Assembly: GCA_038745945.1 (NCBI GenBank)
Contig: JBCDLA010000002.1
Coordinates: 871 to 64,870 of the forward strand
Length of the DNA: 64,000 nt
Origin: Cyanobacteria bacterium P01_H01_bin.74
GTDB lineage: Bacteria > Cyanobacteriota > Vampirovibrionia > Vampirovibrionales > Vampirovibrionaceae
Reading direction: 5' to 3'
Program-made: the position numbers and the translations under genes
In this document: one piece after another, positions 27,235-37,570 of the stretch
Position numbering within the stretch: the first letter of the stretch is position 1
How the letters are laid out: each line of letters opens with the position of its first letter
Notes under the pieces: model-generated
What the model was told of the DNA's origin: nothing
The model's input: only the letters and a program-made list of their open reading frames with translations
Databases searched by the model: none

Positions 27235-30200
27235 GTGGCACCGATGACATCAGAAGACAATCCGAATACCCTCTCTCATTTTCTCTTTAAAACGCTGGTA
27301 CTAACGGGGATGCGCCCCCTGCGCGACCAGGCATTTAACAGCACCCGCAACGCCAAAATTTCAAAAACTGAAAATGAGGCCCTCGATGCTGGATCTGTGG
27401 GCTACGAACAGGAAATTATTGCGGGCAGCCCCCAGTGGGAAAAGCTCTTGAATATGCCGACACCAGCCCTGACCCGGGAAGAGGAAGCCTTTATTGACGG
27501 CCCTGTTGAAACCTTGTGTGCCATGCTGGATGACTGGGAAATTCGAACACAAACCCACGATCTGCCCGCTGAGGTCTGGCAGTTTATGAAAGACGCTGGC
27601 TTTTTTGCCCTGATTATCCCCAAGGCCTATGGCGGACTGGCTTTTTCTGCACGGGCCCACTCCGATATTATTTTAAAACTGGCCAGTCGCAGTGCAACAG
27701 CATGTGTCACGGCCATGGTGCCCAATTCTCTGGGGCCTGCCGAATTGCTGGCAGTTTATGGGACTCCGGAGCAAAAAAGCTATTATTTGCCCCGGCTGGC
27801 CCGTGGTGAAGAAATTCCGGCCTTTGGCCTGACAGAAACCAATGCCGGCTCAGATGCCTCCAGCATGACATCCGCTGGTACAGTTTGCAAAAAAGACGGC
27901 GTGCTGGGCATTCTACTGAACTGGGACAAGCGTTATATCACACTCAGCCCCATTGCCACCTTAATTGGCATTGCCTTCAAGCTTTCTGATCCAGACCACC
28001 TGCTGGGCGATGAAGACGATCTGGGTATCACGCTGGCCCTCATTCCAGCCAGCAGCCCGGGGGTTGAAATTGGCCGGCGGCACAACCCGCTGGGGGTTCC
28101 GTTCCAAAATGGGCCGACTTCCGGGAAGGACGTGTGGGTTCCTATTAATGCCATTATCGGCGGTAAAGAGTATGCTGGCCAGGGCTGGCGCATGCTGATG
28201 GAATGCCTTTCCGTAGGCCGGTGCATTTCATTGCCTGCCTTATCCGTTGGATCTGCCAAATTGGTGACGCAAATGGTCACCGCCTACAGCCGGGTACGTC
28301 AGCAGTTTAAACTGGCCATTAGTCAATTTGAAGGCATTGAAGAAATGATAGCCCGCATTGCCGGGCACACCTATTTAATGGAAGCAGCCCGGGTGGCCAC
28401 GTTGCAAATGCTGGATCGCGGGGAGCACCCCACGATTTTATCTGCGGTAATGAAGTACCACACCACCGAAATGGCCCGTACCATTCTCAATGATGGCATG
28501 GATGTGCTGGGCGGCAAGGCCATCTGCGAAGGGCCTGACAACTTAATGGCGGCACTCTACCATGCCATCCCTATTGGCATTACCGTAGAAGGGGCCAATA
28601 TATTAACGCGCAACTTAATTATCTTTGGGCAAGGTTCGGTGCGCTCTCATCCCTATCTGTTGAAAGAACTGCGGGCAGCCAAGCTGGAAGACCGCAAGGC
28701 TGCAAAAGCGGCCTTTACAAAGCTGATGGCATTCCACGTGGCAGACAGCACCCGAAACGGGTTTAACAGCGTTTTGTTCGGCCTGACAGACGGCCACCTG
28801 AGCAATACCCCAGCCTGCTCCGCTACTGAGTATAAGTATTTTAGGCAGATTAACCGCTTGTGTGCGGCCTACGCCACGATGGCTGACATCACACTGATGC
28901 TTCTGGGAGACGGGGTAAAGCGAAAAGAGCGGATTTCTGCCCTGCTGGGGGATACAATGAGTTACCTGTACCTGTCCAGTTGCGCGCTTCGGCATTTCCG
29001 GATTGAAGGCAGCCGTGAAGAAGACAAGCCACTGATGCAATGGTCTTGTGAGTATCTGCTGTTTAAGGCCGAAGACAGTCTGGCCACACTGATTCATAAC
29101 TTTCCGCTGCCCAGTGCCTTGCAGTGGGCCAATCCGTTTCTCTACCTGCTGGTCTTTCCAAAAGGCCGGCGATTTAACCAGGCCAACCACCGGCTGGACA
29201 AAGCGGTGGTAAACGCTGTGATGAAAAACCCTGAAACCCGTGCCCGCTTGACCAGCGGGGTGTATCAGCCCCAAAACACCGATGAACCCTTGGCCGTCAT
29301 GGAAGCAGCATTCAGTGCTGTGGTTCACGCGGACACCACATTAAAAACATTGCGCCAGCAGAAAAAAGCGGGCAACTTGGCGGGTGATTCCCCGGAAGCC
29401 TGGGTGAATGACGCACTGGAAAAAGGCTTAATTACTGAAGAGCAAAAGCAACAGCTGGCCACTGCCGAGCAGTTGCGCCAGCGGGTCATTCGGGTGGATG
29501 ACTTTAATTTGAATTTGGATCCGGTTGAAAAAAAAACGGCACTGGCCAACGGTAAAACCCTGAGAAATCAGTATCCGCTGGGCACGCCCTGGCAGATAAA
29601 TATTCCGCGGCAAACACTTGTGGATGTACTCAATAAAAGCGTGGCCCACTTTGGCAAACTCAATGCCATTGACTCAATGGGCAAAAAGTACACCTACGAG
29701 GAACTGGGCGATCTGGTCCACAAGGTGGCCGCCGGGCTACAACACCTAGGCGTTCGAAAAGGCGACAAAGTGGCGCTGTTTATGCCCAACACGCCTTACT
29801 ACACCATCTTTTTCTTTGCCATTGTGAAAGCCGGGGCTGTGGTGGTCAATGTATGCCCGGTTCTCACGACACCGGAAGTAAAAGAACAGCTGGAAGACAG
29901 TGAGACCAAGGTTCTTGTAACACTCAATTTAAAAAACACCTTTGAAAAGGCAGATGCCCTTGGCAAGGCCAAAGTGGTGGAGCATGTGGTGGTTTGCCCC
30001 ATGAGCGAAGTGTTGCCATTCTTAAAAGCCCAGGCCTTCCGTTTTTTGCGCAAAGACAGTGTTGTGAACCTGGATAAATTATCGACAGATGAAGCGGAAA
30101 ACAAGCACCTGGTAACTTATAAAGCAGTGGTCAACAGCAGAACCCCGTATTGTCCGCAAAAAATCTCACCAGATGATTTGGCAGCCCTCCAGTATACCGG

Positions 30201-31371
30201 GGGAACAACCGGATCGCCCAAAGGGGCAATGCTGACCCATTATAATCTGCTGGCCAACGTCTATCAGATTGAACATTATTTTTTAGAGAGTGCCAACAAA
30301 CCCAAAACCGATGCCCTCCTGGCACAGGGAAACGAACGCGTTTTGGGCAATATTCCGTTTTTTCATATTTTTGGGTTAACGGTTGCCATGTTGTGCACGG
30401 TTAAAATGGGCAACGAGTGCATTATTCTGCCCGATCCGCGCAACACCAAAGACACCTTAAAAGCCATCCACGAGAAAAAGCCCACGCTTTTTCCTGCGGT
30501 GCCGCGCCTGCTGCAATCACTGAAGGAAAATCCCAAAGTACATCAATACGATCTAAGCTCACTAACTACCGTTATTTCAGGTGGCGCCGCACTGCCTGAA
30601 CAGCTTAAGCAAGCCTTTGAGGCACTGGCCAAGACCCCAGGCCTCATCAAAGAAGGCTACGGCCTGACGGAAGCATCACCCGTCATTGCGTGCAACCCGG
30701 CTTACGGCAACAACAAGGTCAATTCGGTGGGGCTGCCCTTGCCCAAAACCCAGATTAAAATTGTGGATGCTGAAAATCCGAACAAAACGTTGCAGTTGGG
30801 TGAAGTGGGTGAAATCTGCATTCAAGGGCCGCAGGTGATGCTGGGCTACTACAAGCAATCCGCTGAAACAGCCGAAGTGATTATTGACGGCTGGCTGCAT
30901 ACCGGTGATTTGGGGTATATGGACGACACCTATTACATCCACATTACTGACCGCAAAAAGCGCCTGATTCTGGTCAATGGCCTGAATGTCTACCCGACGC
31001 AAGTGGAAGCAGCCATACACCGACACCCGGCAGTCGAGGAATGCCTGGTCATCAGCGTGCCGGATCCCCGTTCTGGTGAAGCCGCGAAAGCCTTTGTTCG
31101 GCTAAAAACAGGCCTGGGGGCTTACCCATCTGCAGAAGATATGATAAGGTTTTTAGCAAAGGATCTCAGTCGGATTGAAATTCCGAAACACCTTGTGTTT
31201 GTGACAGAGGAGTTGCCAAAAACCAGTGTTGGAAAGCCCGACTGGAAAACCCTGCAGGACAGAGAGCGAGGCTTGCCCCTTCAAGTGGGTGAGCCCGATG
31301 ACGCGGACACTGTCCCGTTACTAGAACATCCAGAAGAAGATACTGCATATCCAAAACAAGAACAGGCATAA
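27235..31371 (+). CDS. natural fusion: acyl-CoA dehydrogenase (FadE-like, N-terminal ~780 aa) + long-chain acyl-CoA synthetase (FadD-like, C-terminal ~590 aa)
   Basis: N-terminal part is collinear with E. coli FadE from ...SKTENEALDAGS... through ...VIRVDDFNLNLDPVEKK (…LARGEEIPAFGLTETNAGSDASS…, …GITVEGANILTRNLIIFGQG…). The same frame then continues into a FadD-like AMP-binding enzyme: VALFMPNTPYY, LQYTGGTTGSPKGAMLTHYNLLAN, GYGLTEASPV, GWLHTGDLGYMDDTYYIHITDRKKRLILVNGLNVYP, KTSVGKPDWKTL. A single 1378-aa ORF (GTG start; alternative ATG at 27244). Confidence 0.8.
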   Translation: MAPMTSEDNPNTLSHFLFKTLVLTGMRPLRDQAFNSTRNAKISKTENEALDAGSVGYEQEIIAGSPQWEKLLNMPTPALTREEEAFIDGPVETLCAMLDDWEIRTQTHDLPAEVWQFMKDAGFFALIIPKAYGGLAFSARAHSDIILKLASRSATACVTAMVPNSLGPAELLAVYGTPEQKSYYLPRLARGEEIPAFGLTETNAGSDASSMTSAGTVCKKDGVLGILLNWDKRYITLSPIATLIGIAFKLSDPDHLLGDEDDLGITLALIPASSPGVEIGRRHNPLGVPFQNGPTSGKDVWVPINAIIGGKEYAGQGWRMLMECLSVGRCISLPALSVGSAKLVTQMVTAYSRVRQQFKLAISQFEGIEEMIARIAGHTYLMEAARVATLQMLDRGEHPTILSAVMKYHTTEMARTILNDGMDVLGGKAICEGPDNLMAALYHAIPIGITVEGANILTRNLIIFGQGSVRSHPYLLKELRAAKLEDRKAAKAAFTKLMAFHVADSTRNGFNSVLFGLTDGHLSNTPACSATEYKYFRQINRLCAAYATMADITLMLLGDGVKRKERISALLGDTMSYLYLSSCALRHFRIEGSREEDKPLMQWSCEYLLFKAEDSLATLIHNFPLPSALQWANPFLYLLVFPKGRRFNQANHRLDKAVVNAVMKNPETRARLTSGVYQPQNTDEPLAVMEAAFSAVVHADTTLKTLRQQKKAGNLAGDSPEAWVNDALEKGLITEEQKQQLATAEQLRQRVIRVDDFNLNLDPVEKKTALANGKTLRNQYPLGTPWQINIPRQTLVDVLNKSVAHFGKLNAIDSMGKKYTYEELGDLVHKVAAGLQHLGVRKGDKVALFMPNTPYYTIFFFAIVKAGAVVVNVCPVLTTPEVKEQLEDSETKVLVTLNLKNTFEKADALGKAKVVEHVVVCPMSEVLPFLKAQAFRFLRKDSVVNLDKLSTDEAENKHLVTYKAVVNSRTPYCPQKISPDDLAALQYTGGTTGSPKGAMLTHYNLLANVYQIEHYFLESANKPKTDALLAQGNERVLGNIPFFHIFGLTVAMLCTVKMGNECIILPDPRNTKDTLKAIHEKKPTLFPAVPRLLQSLKENPKVHQYDLSSLTTVISGGAALPEQLKQAFEALAKTPGLIKEGYGLTEASPVIACNPAYGNNKVNSVGLPLPKTQIKIVDAENPNKTLQLGEVGEICIQGPQVMLGYYKQSAETAEVIIDGWLHTGDLGYMDDTYYIHITDRKKRLILVNGLNVYPTQVEAAIHRHPAVEECLVISVPDPRSGEAAKAFVRLKTGLGAYPSAEDMIRFLAKDLSRIEIPKHLVFVTEELPKTSVGKPDWKTLQDRERGLPLQVGEPDDADTVPLLEHPEEDTAYPKQEQA

Positions 31372-31374
31372 GAC

Positions 31375-32565
31375 ATGAGTAAAACCGATTCTGTGGCGCG
31401 AGATGCCGTTATTGTTGACTTTGTGAGGACCCCGTTTGTTAAAGCGTTTGAACCCACAGGGCATCGGACAAAAACCGGAAAACTGGCCCATGTTCTGCCG
31501 GATGATATGGTGGCGCAGCTGGTCCAGTCTGCTTTATCCAGAAATCCGATTCCGCCAGAGCACATTGAAAGCCTGGTCACCGGCTGTGTTCACCAGGAAG
31601 CGGAACAAGGCCTGAACCTCGCCCGGCTGGTTGTGTTAAATCCAAAATCAGGCTTGCCGCAGTCGGTGGGGGCGGTTACTGTCGATCGATTTTGTGGATC
31701 CTCAATGCAAGTCATTGCAGATGCAAAAAACAGCATTTTGGCAGGCGAAGCCGAAGCCATTCTGTGTGCTGGCGTGCAATCAATTAGCCGCATCCCCATG
31801 GCCGGGTGGAACCCGATGCTTAACCCGGCTGTCTATGAGGGCAATGCCAAAGGCTTTATGAATATGGGCATCACGGCTGAAAATCTGGTGAGCCAGTACG
31901 GTATTTTACGGGAAGAGCAGGAAGCTTTTGCCGTTCGATCCCACCAAAAAGCGGCTGAAGCCAGAAAACAAGGCTATTTTCATCAGGAAATGATTGCCAT
32001 TGATGGCATTGATGCCGATGATACCATCCGGGAAGACAGTTCCGCTGAAAAAATGGCCACACTGTCCCCCGCTTTTAAACATGATGGAACAGTAACGGCA
32101 GCCACCTCTTCGCCAGTGACGGACGGGGCAGCACTGGTTCTGGTGACATCTGCCGCGTTTGCAAAAAGCCACGGCTTAAGCATTCTGGCAAAAATCCGGG
32201 CCTTTGCCGGCTCAGGCTGCGCCCCAGAAGTGATGGGGATTGGCCCCGTGGAAGCCAGTAAAAAAGCGCTTTCGCGTGCGGGCCTTACTATGGCGGATAT
32301 GGATATTGTTGAGTTGAATGAGGCCTTTGCCGCACAATCCCTGGCTGTTTTGCAGGCCTGGGAAACCGATGGTATGGCAGTCCCTTGCGAGAAGCTCAAT
32401 ATTGACGGTGGCGCGCTGGCGCTCGGTCATCCGTTGGGAGCCTCTGGCGCAAGAATTACGGGCAAAGCAGCCAGCCTGCTGCACCGTACTGGTAAGCAAT
32501 TTGCCCTGGCCACCATGTGCATTGGCGGCGGTCAGGGGGTTGCCATGGTTCTTGAAGCGGTTTAA
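31375..32565 (+). CDS. fadA: acetyl-CoA C-acyltransferase (3-ketoacyl-CoA thiolase)
   Basis: Thiolase motifs VDRFCGSSMQ (active-site Cys), …NEAFAAQ…, and C-terminal ALATMCIGGGQGVAMVLE. Starts 4 nt after the fadE-fadD fusion. Confidence 0.85.
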   Translation: MSKTDSVARDAVIVDFVRTPFVKAFEPTGHRTKTGKLAHVLPDDMVAQLVQSALSRNPIPPEHIESLVTGCVHQEAEQGLNLARLVVLNPKSGLPQSVGAVTVDRFCGSSMQVIADAKNSILAGEAEAILCAGVQSISRIPMAGWNPMLNPAVYEGNAKGFMNMGITAENLVSQYGILREEQEAFAVRSHQKAAEARKQGYFHQEMIAIDGIDADDTIREDSSAEKMATLSPAFKHDGTVTAATSSPVTDGAALVLVTSAAFAKSHGLSILAKIRAFAGSGCAPEVMGIGPVEASKKALSRAGLTMADMDIVELNEAFAAQSLAVLQAWETDGMAVPCEKLNIDGGALALGHPLGASGARITGKAASLLHRTGKQFALATMCIGGGQGVAMVLEAV

Positions 32566-32811
32566 GACGTGGTTTTCATGTGTGAACAACCAGATTGTTA
32601 ATAGCCAAGTTTTAAGAGCAAAGTTTTACCTATAAAGCTTTCTCAGTGTTTTTTCCGTTTTGGATGAGTCCGGGCAGAAGACGGTCTCTGCCACTATTTT
32701 AAATTCATTTAACCCCAATTTTAAGCCCCTCCTTATTTTTAAGCTCATACTTATTTCAAGTTCCTCCTTATTTTAAATTTCCCTTCCCTATAACCCAGAA
32801 GTCAAAGCGTC

Positions 32812-35565
32812 ATGGCCAGTTCACCCCCCTTAGACAGCTCCCATTCTAGTCAAATAGTCCCCAGTCAAACAGCCACCATACAAACAGTCGCCGTCATTGG
32901 CGCCGGATCGATGGGTTCAGGCATTGCCGCACAATGTGCCAATGCAGGTTGTCAAGTTTTTCTGCTGGATATTGTGCCCAATACTCTGGATGAAGGCCAG
33001 TCACGCAACTGCCTGGCGGAAAACGCCATCAAACGGATGCTGAAAGCCAGCCCTGCCACCGATCCGTTAAATGCCGGCTTCATGCACCCAGACAATGCCA
33101 AACGTATTACAGTGGGCAACTTGGAAGATGATTTAGAACGGGCCGTGGCCAATGCAGACTGGGTGGTTGAAGTCATCATCGAGAACCTAGCCATTAAACG
33201 GCAACTCTTTGAGCGCTTAGAACCGCTGGTTAAGCCGGATGCTATTTTATCCTCCAATACCTCAACCATGCCCCTGAAAGATTTAACCCTTGGCCGCAGT
33301 GAGGCCTTTCAAAAACAATTTGTCATTACCCACTTTTTTAATCCGCCCCGCTTTATGCACCTGCTTGAAATTATCTCCGGGCCCAAGACCTTGCCAGCAG
33401 TCACCCAAACGATTTACCAGTTTGGGGATATTCATCTCGGTAAAAACGTTATTGAATGCAAAGACACACCTGCATTTTTGGCCAACCGCATCGGCATCTA
33501 CTACATGGTTCGCGCCATCACAGAATCGATTGATTTCCAGATGAATATTGAAGACGTGGATGCTGTTCTTGGCACACCCATTGGCTTTCCCAAAGAGGGC
33601 ATCTTTGGCCTGCTGGATTTGGTGGGCATTGGCATTATTCCGCTGGTGACTGACAGCTTAACGCAAATTCTGCCCGAAACCGATCCGTTTAGAAAACTCA
33701 ACCAGGAAAAAGGCTTAATGCTGGTCAATGCCTTGCTGCGTGACGGCCGAACCGGTCGCAACGCAGAGAAAGGCGGATTTTACCGCCGGCAAATTGACCC
33801 TAACAGACCGGATAAAAATGCAAAGCCCGTCAAGCAAGCAGTCAGCCTATTTAACCCATCCAACTACTACACGTTGCCAAGCAAGCAGGATGCCAAAAAA
33901 AACACACCGCAAATTATCAAAGATGCCAAAACCAAGGGACCTCGAGCTGTTTTTGAGAGCGACACCAAACTCAGCCAATTTGCGTGGGTGGTGGTTCGCG
34001 ATACGTTGCTGTATGCAGCACACCTCATTCCGGAAATTGCAGAGGACATTGCCGATGTGGATGCCGCACTGCGCGGTGGCTATAATGCCAAATGGGGACC
34101 GTTTGAGATTATCGATCGTGTTGGCATTGACTGGTTCTGTAACCGGGTGAAAGCCGATGGCATTGCATTGCCCAAAATTCTGGAACTGGCAGACGGGCAA
34201 CCCTTTTATAAGGAAATAAAAGGGCAATTGCACCGGTTGTCTTTTAATATTGCCACCAGCTCAGCAACCTATACCCCGCTGAATGACAAGCCGGGTGTTT
34301 TGCGGCTGTCTGCCGTGAAACGGGCTGCAACCAAGCCACTGGTCAGCCATGGATCTGCCAGCCTTTGGGATATTGGAGACGGGGTCACTTGTCTGGAATT
34401 TCATTCAAAAATGAATACCCTCGATCCTTCCATTTTGTATGTGATTAATGAGAGCATTAAACTCATTAACACCAGTGAACAATACCATGCCATGGTCATT
34501 TACAATGAGGGCAAGCAGTTTTCTCTGGGCGCCAATCTGGGCTTAATTGATGCAGGACTGAAGTTTGCTAAATTGCCGACCCTAAAAAACCTGTCCTTAT
34601 CCAGCCCGTTAAAAAAGCAGCTCTATGAAACAGTGGAACGATTGATTTACCAGGGTCAAAGCGTGTTTACAGCACTGAATTACGCCACATTCCCGGTTGT
34701 CGGGGCACCGCAAGGCATGGCATTGGGAGGCGGTTGTGAAATCTTGCTGCATTGCCATGCCGTTCAGGCTGGCGCCGAAACTTATATGGGCCTTGTAGAA
34801 AGTGGTGTCGGGCTGATTCCCGGTTGGGGTGGCTGTCTTAAAACCCTGTCCCGTTTTGAACCCAATGCCACAATTCAGGGGCCTTTCCCCTATACCCGAT
34901 CAGCATTTGAGGCCTTGCTGATGCCCCAGAATGCGGTGTCAACTTCGGCCCAAGATGCCATGCACCCGCAAAAAAGCTGGCTTCGAAAAGAAACAGACGG
35001 AATTACAATGAACCCGGATCGTGTTCTTGCCGATGCCAAAGCTAAAGCACTGGCCTTATTGGCTGAGAACAACAACCGGCCTGAACCACCGCCGGATTCA
35101 GAATATATGATTAATCAGAAAAGTCACCGGCTGGCTGGTCCTGCCGGGCAATCCGCGTTAAATATGGCTGTGGATGATTTTTATGTCCGTCAGTTGGCAA
35201 CCCATCATGATGTGGTTGTTGCTGCGGCGTTGGCAACCGCAATAACCGGTGGTGATTCTGCGGGCGTTAGCATGCCAGTGAGTGAACAAACTTTGCTCAG
35301 GCTTGAGCGAGAACAGTTTTTATCCTTAATTCAAACCACACAAACACAACGCCGCATTGCACACACGCTCAAAACAGGAAAACCTTTGCGGGAAGAGCCT
35401 GCTGAAATACAAACAACAACCGACAAACTTCGAGAAAGTTTATCTTCTGTTGACTCAAGCCATCTAAAGATTTCTGGACGGCCCCTCACCGGGAATGGGT
35501 TGTTTGAGCTAAAGCTGATGGCAGATGCAACCGTATTATTGCTTCGTATGAGCGGAAACACCTAA
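32812..35565 (+). CDS. bifunctional 3-hydroxyacyl-CoA dehydrogenase / enoyl-CoA hydratase (FadB-like, reversed domain order HAD then ECH)
   Basis: N-terminal NAD-binding VAVIGAGSMGSGIAAQCANAGCQVFLLD and 3HCDH core. A crotonase fold follows later (…FSLGANLGLID…, …VVGAPQGMALGGGCEILLHCHAVQAGAETYMGLVESGVGLIPGWGG…). 917 aa. Confidence 0.8.
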   Translation: MASSPPLDSSHSSQIVPSQTATIQTVAVIGAGSMGSGIAAQCANAGCQVFLLDIVPNTLDEGQSRNCLAENAIKRMLKASPATDPLNAGFMHPDNAKRITVGNLEDDLERAVANADWVVEVIIENLAIKRQLFERLEPLVKPDAILSSNTSTMPLKDLTLGRSEAFQKQFVITHFFNPPRFMHLLEIISGPKTLPAVTQTIYQFGDIHLGKNVIECKDTPAFLANRIGIYYMVRAITESIDFQMNIEDVDAVLGTPIGFPKEGIFGLLDLVGIGIIPLVTDSLTQILPETDPFRKLNQEKGLMLVNALLRDGRTGRNAEKGGFYRRQIDPNRPDKNAKPVKQAVSLFNPSNYYTLPSKQDAKKNTPQIIKDAKTKGPRAVFESDTKLSQFAWVVVRDTLLYAAHLIPEIAEDIADVDAALRGGYNAKWGPFEIIDRVGIDWFCNRVKADGIALPKILELADGQPFYKEIKGQLHRLSFNIATSSATYTPLNDKPGVLRLSAVKRAATKPLVSHGSASLWDIGDGVTCLEFHSKMNTLDPSILYVINESIKLINTSEQYHAMVIYNEGKQFSLGANLGLIDAGLKFAKLPTLKNLSLSSPLKKQLYETVERLIYQGQSVFTALNYATFPVVGAPQGMALGGGCEILLHCHAVQAGAETYMGLVESGVGLIPGWGGCLKTLSRFEPNATIQGPFPYTRSAFEALLMPQNAVSTSAQDAMHPQKSWLRKETDGITMNPDRVLADAKAKALALLAENNNRPEPPPDSEYMINQKSHRLAGPAGQSALNMAVDDFYVRQLATHHDVVVAAALATAITGGDSAGVSMPVSEQTLLRLEREQFLSLIQTTQTQRRIAHTLKTGKPLREEPAEIQTTTDKLRESLSSVDSSHLKISGRPLTGNGLFELKLMADATVLLLRMSGNT

Positions 35566-35683
35566 GAAATATCATCCGGAAAACTCGAGCCAGCCAAATA
35601 GTCAGGCATTTCAAAAGGATTTCATCTGGCTTTTATCACTTTTATCTTTGCCTGCCGTTGGTATTGCGTGCAAAGCGCCTGTC

Positions 35684-37570
35684 TCAGATGGAAACCCTGT
35701 TTCGTCCAGCGTTTTTAGCACAATACAGTGCATTATCGGCATTGGCCAAACTGCTTAAAATAACAGATTGATGTGACTCTCCTGTAGTCTGACTGCTGTC
35801 AACAGCCGTTAAGCCTATGCTAAGGGTTACCTTAAGACTTTCGTTGTGTAACCCATAGACCACCATGGATTCAATACTGGTTCTGATTCGCTCCATTAAT
35901 TGCAAGGCATCATCCAATGTTGTGTCTGAGAGAACCAGTGCAAATTCTTCACCACCAAACCGGCAAAGCACATCGCTGCGCCGAATATTTTCAGTGAGTT
36001 GCTTGGCAAGGGCCTTCAGGATTAAGTCCCCACTCAAATGCCCATAAGTGTCATTAAACTGCTTAAAATGGTCAACATCCAGCAATGCCAAGCACAGCGA
36101 TGAAGATTGTCGCCTGGCCCGCTCAAGCTCAGATTCAAACCGTTGGTAAAATACGCGCCTTGTGATGAGGCCGGTTAACTCATCGGTTGACGCATACGCC
36201 AGTGCCATCTCCAGGCGACGGGTTCTTTCTATTGCTGAGGCAACCGTGGTTTTGAACCGGGTTAACCAGGTTTTATAGGGAGCGCTTTCTAGCACAATGC
36301 TTAAATCAACAGGGCTTTTATTTTCGGCTTGAATGCGATTGGCACCTGAGGAAGCAATGATTAAAATGCCCAATAACTTGTCATCAGAGTGGGGTTGTTG
36401 ACTCAGTGGCTTCGCTATTTCTGACGCAATTAAAATACCATCCAATATGAGCGGTTGCTCAGGAATCGAGAGCACGGTGCAAACAGATGATTCAAGTTTA
36501 CCGCTGTTTTTGTAAAACAGATCCAGATCAAAACGGGGCCCACTGTTTTCAGTTTCTTGCGTTGAGCAATTTTCAGCAACTTTTTCTGTGGGGAAAACAA
36601 TGCAGTTTGTTAAAACATCCTGGCAAGCTGTCAAAACCTGATTATGTGTCTTCCAGCGTTTGCGGTTGACAGACTGATGGTACTGCCCTGCTGCAGGGTC
36701 ATAAGTGGGAAATCCTTCGTCTTGCTGGAAACTAAAATCTTCTGTTGTTGCCAATGCCCCCACTTGCACTGCAAACCGAAATTTCTTGAGTTCAGGCTGC
36801 CATTCAAAAAACAAAGCCCCAAAAGTGGGACATAACGCTGTGTTAATGTAGTGAACCGCTGATGTGGTTGCCACCTGAAAGATGGCTTGCTTGTTTTCTG
36901 CGGAAACCAGCTGAGCCGTCATTGCACGTAAAGCATCGTTCATGGCGTCATTCGTGGCTTGCTGACGAAGCGATTCTATTTCTGAAATTTTTGTTGCTAA
37001 ATACGGTGCCATAACGTGTAATTTTTGGCGGTATTCAGGGACCAATGCTTCTGCAGAATTGGCGGCGGCAAATGATATTTCGATTAGTGCAATGGGTTTG
37101 CCTTGATCCGTGGTTAATACCTGGTAACAAGCTGTGTTTTCACTGTTTTTCTTAATAAAAAACCCGTTATCTTGGTTTAAACTGGCTTGAGGCGAAATCA
37201 TGGCATAGGTCTGCCAATCTAAAAAAAGCTCAGTTGTATCATTTAACAGGGCAACTGAAACGGATTGTGCCTCTTGAAATAGAATATTCAGGGTTGCTTG
37301 AATAATCTCGACTGCATAGTCGGCACCCAGTTCTAGCGCGTTAAAGTTTAATCGACGAGCAATATCGAGCTCAAAAGTGGCTTCTTTTTTTTCAACTTTT
37401 TCAGTTTGTCTATTGGAATCGGTCTTGATTGCGCTTTTAATTTTGACTTCTGGGGCTAGCGGTCTTACATTAATGGGAAGGGGGCCGTTTTCAACGGTTT
37501 CAGATTGAAGTGACAAGGTTTTGTCGGGATTATCCAAGGGATCAATGCGCTGGCTTTTTAAATTGTCCAT
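35684..37570 (-). CDS. diguanylate cyclase (GGDEF) with large N-terminal cytoplasmic sensor region (probably tandem GAF/PAS-like)
   Basis: C-terminal GGDEF domain: …RRVFYQRFESELERARR…LALLDVDHFKQFNDTYGHLSGDLILK…RFGGEEFALVL… with GGEEF active site. No TM segments. No EAL domain. Confidence 0.75.
   Translation of the reverse strand: MDNLKSQRIDPLDNPDKTLSLQSETVENGPLPINVRPLAPEVKIKSAIKTDSNRQTEKVEKKEATFELDIARRLNFNALELGADYAVEIIQATLNILFQEAQSVSVALLNDTTELFLDWQTYAMISPQASLNQDNGFFIKKNSENTACYQVLTTDQGKPIALIEISFAAANSAEALVPEYRQKLHVMAPYLATKISEIESLRQQATNDAMNDALRAMTAQLVSAENKQAIFQVATTSAVHYINTALCPTFGALFFEWQPELKKFRFAVQVGALATTEDFSFQQDEGFPTYDPAAGQYHQSVNRKRWKTHNQVLTACQDVLTNCIVFPTEKVAENCSTQETENSGPRFDLDLFYKNSGKLESSVCTVLSIPEQPLILDGILIASEIAKPLSQQPHSDDKLLGILIIASSGANRIQAENKSPVDLSIVLESAPYKTWLTRFKTTVASAIERTRRLEMALAYASTDELTGLITRRVFYQRFESELERARRQSSSLCLALLDVDHFKQFNDTYGHLSGDLILKALAKQLTENIRRSDVLCRFGGEEFALVLSDTTLDDALQLMERIRTSIESMVVYGLHNESLKVTLSIGLTAVDSSQTTGESHQSVILSSLANADNALYCAKNAGRNRVSI

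Noticed and set aside
27065-27247. 60-aa ORF just upstream of, and overlapping the start of, the fadE-fadD fusion
   Set aside because: No RBS and no conserved sequence. It sits in the promoter/5'UTR of the large gene and is probably spurious.
28615-29328. 237-aa antisense ORF inside the FadE-FadD gene, and similar shadow ORFs (1798..2256, 14862..15305, 31983..32399, 33847..34233, 40598..40813 and others)
   Set aside because: They lie wholly within strongly supported genes on the opposite strand or in a shifted frame, and have no motifs. They are typical shadow ORFs of GC-biased coding sequence.
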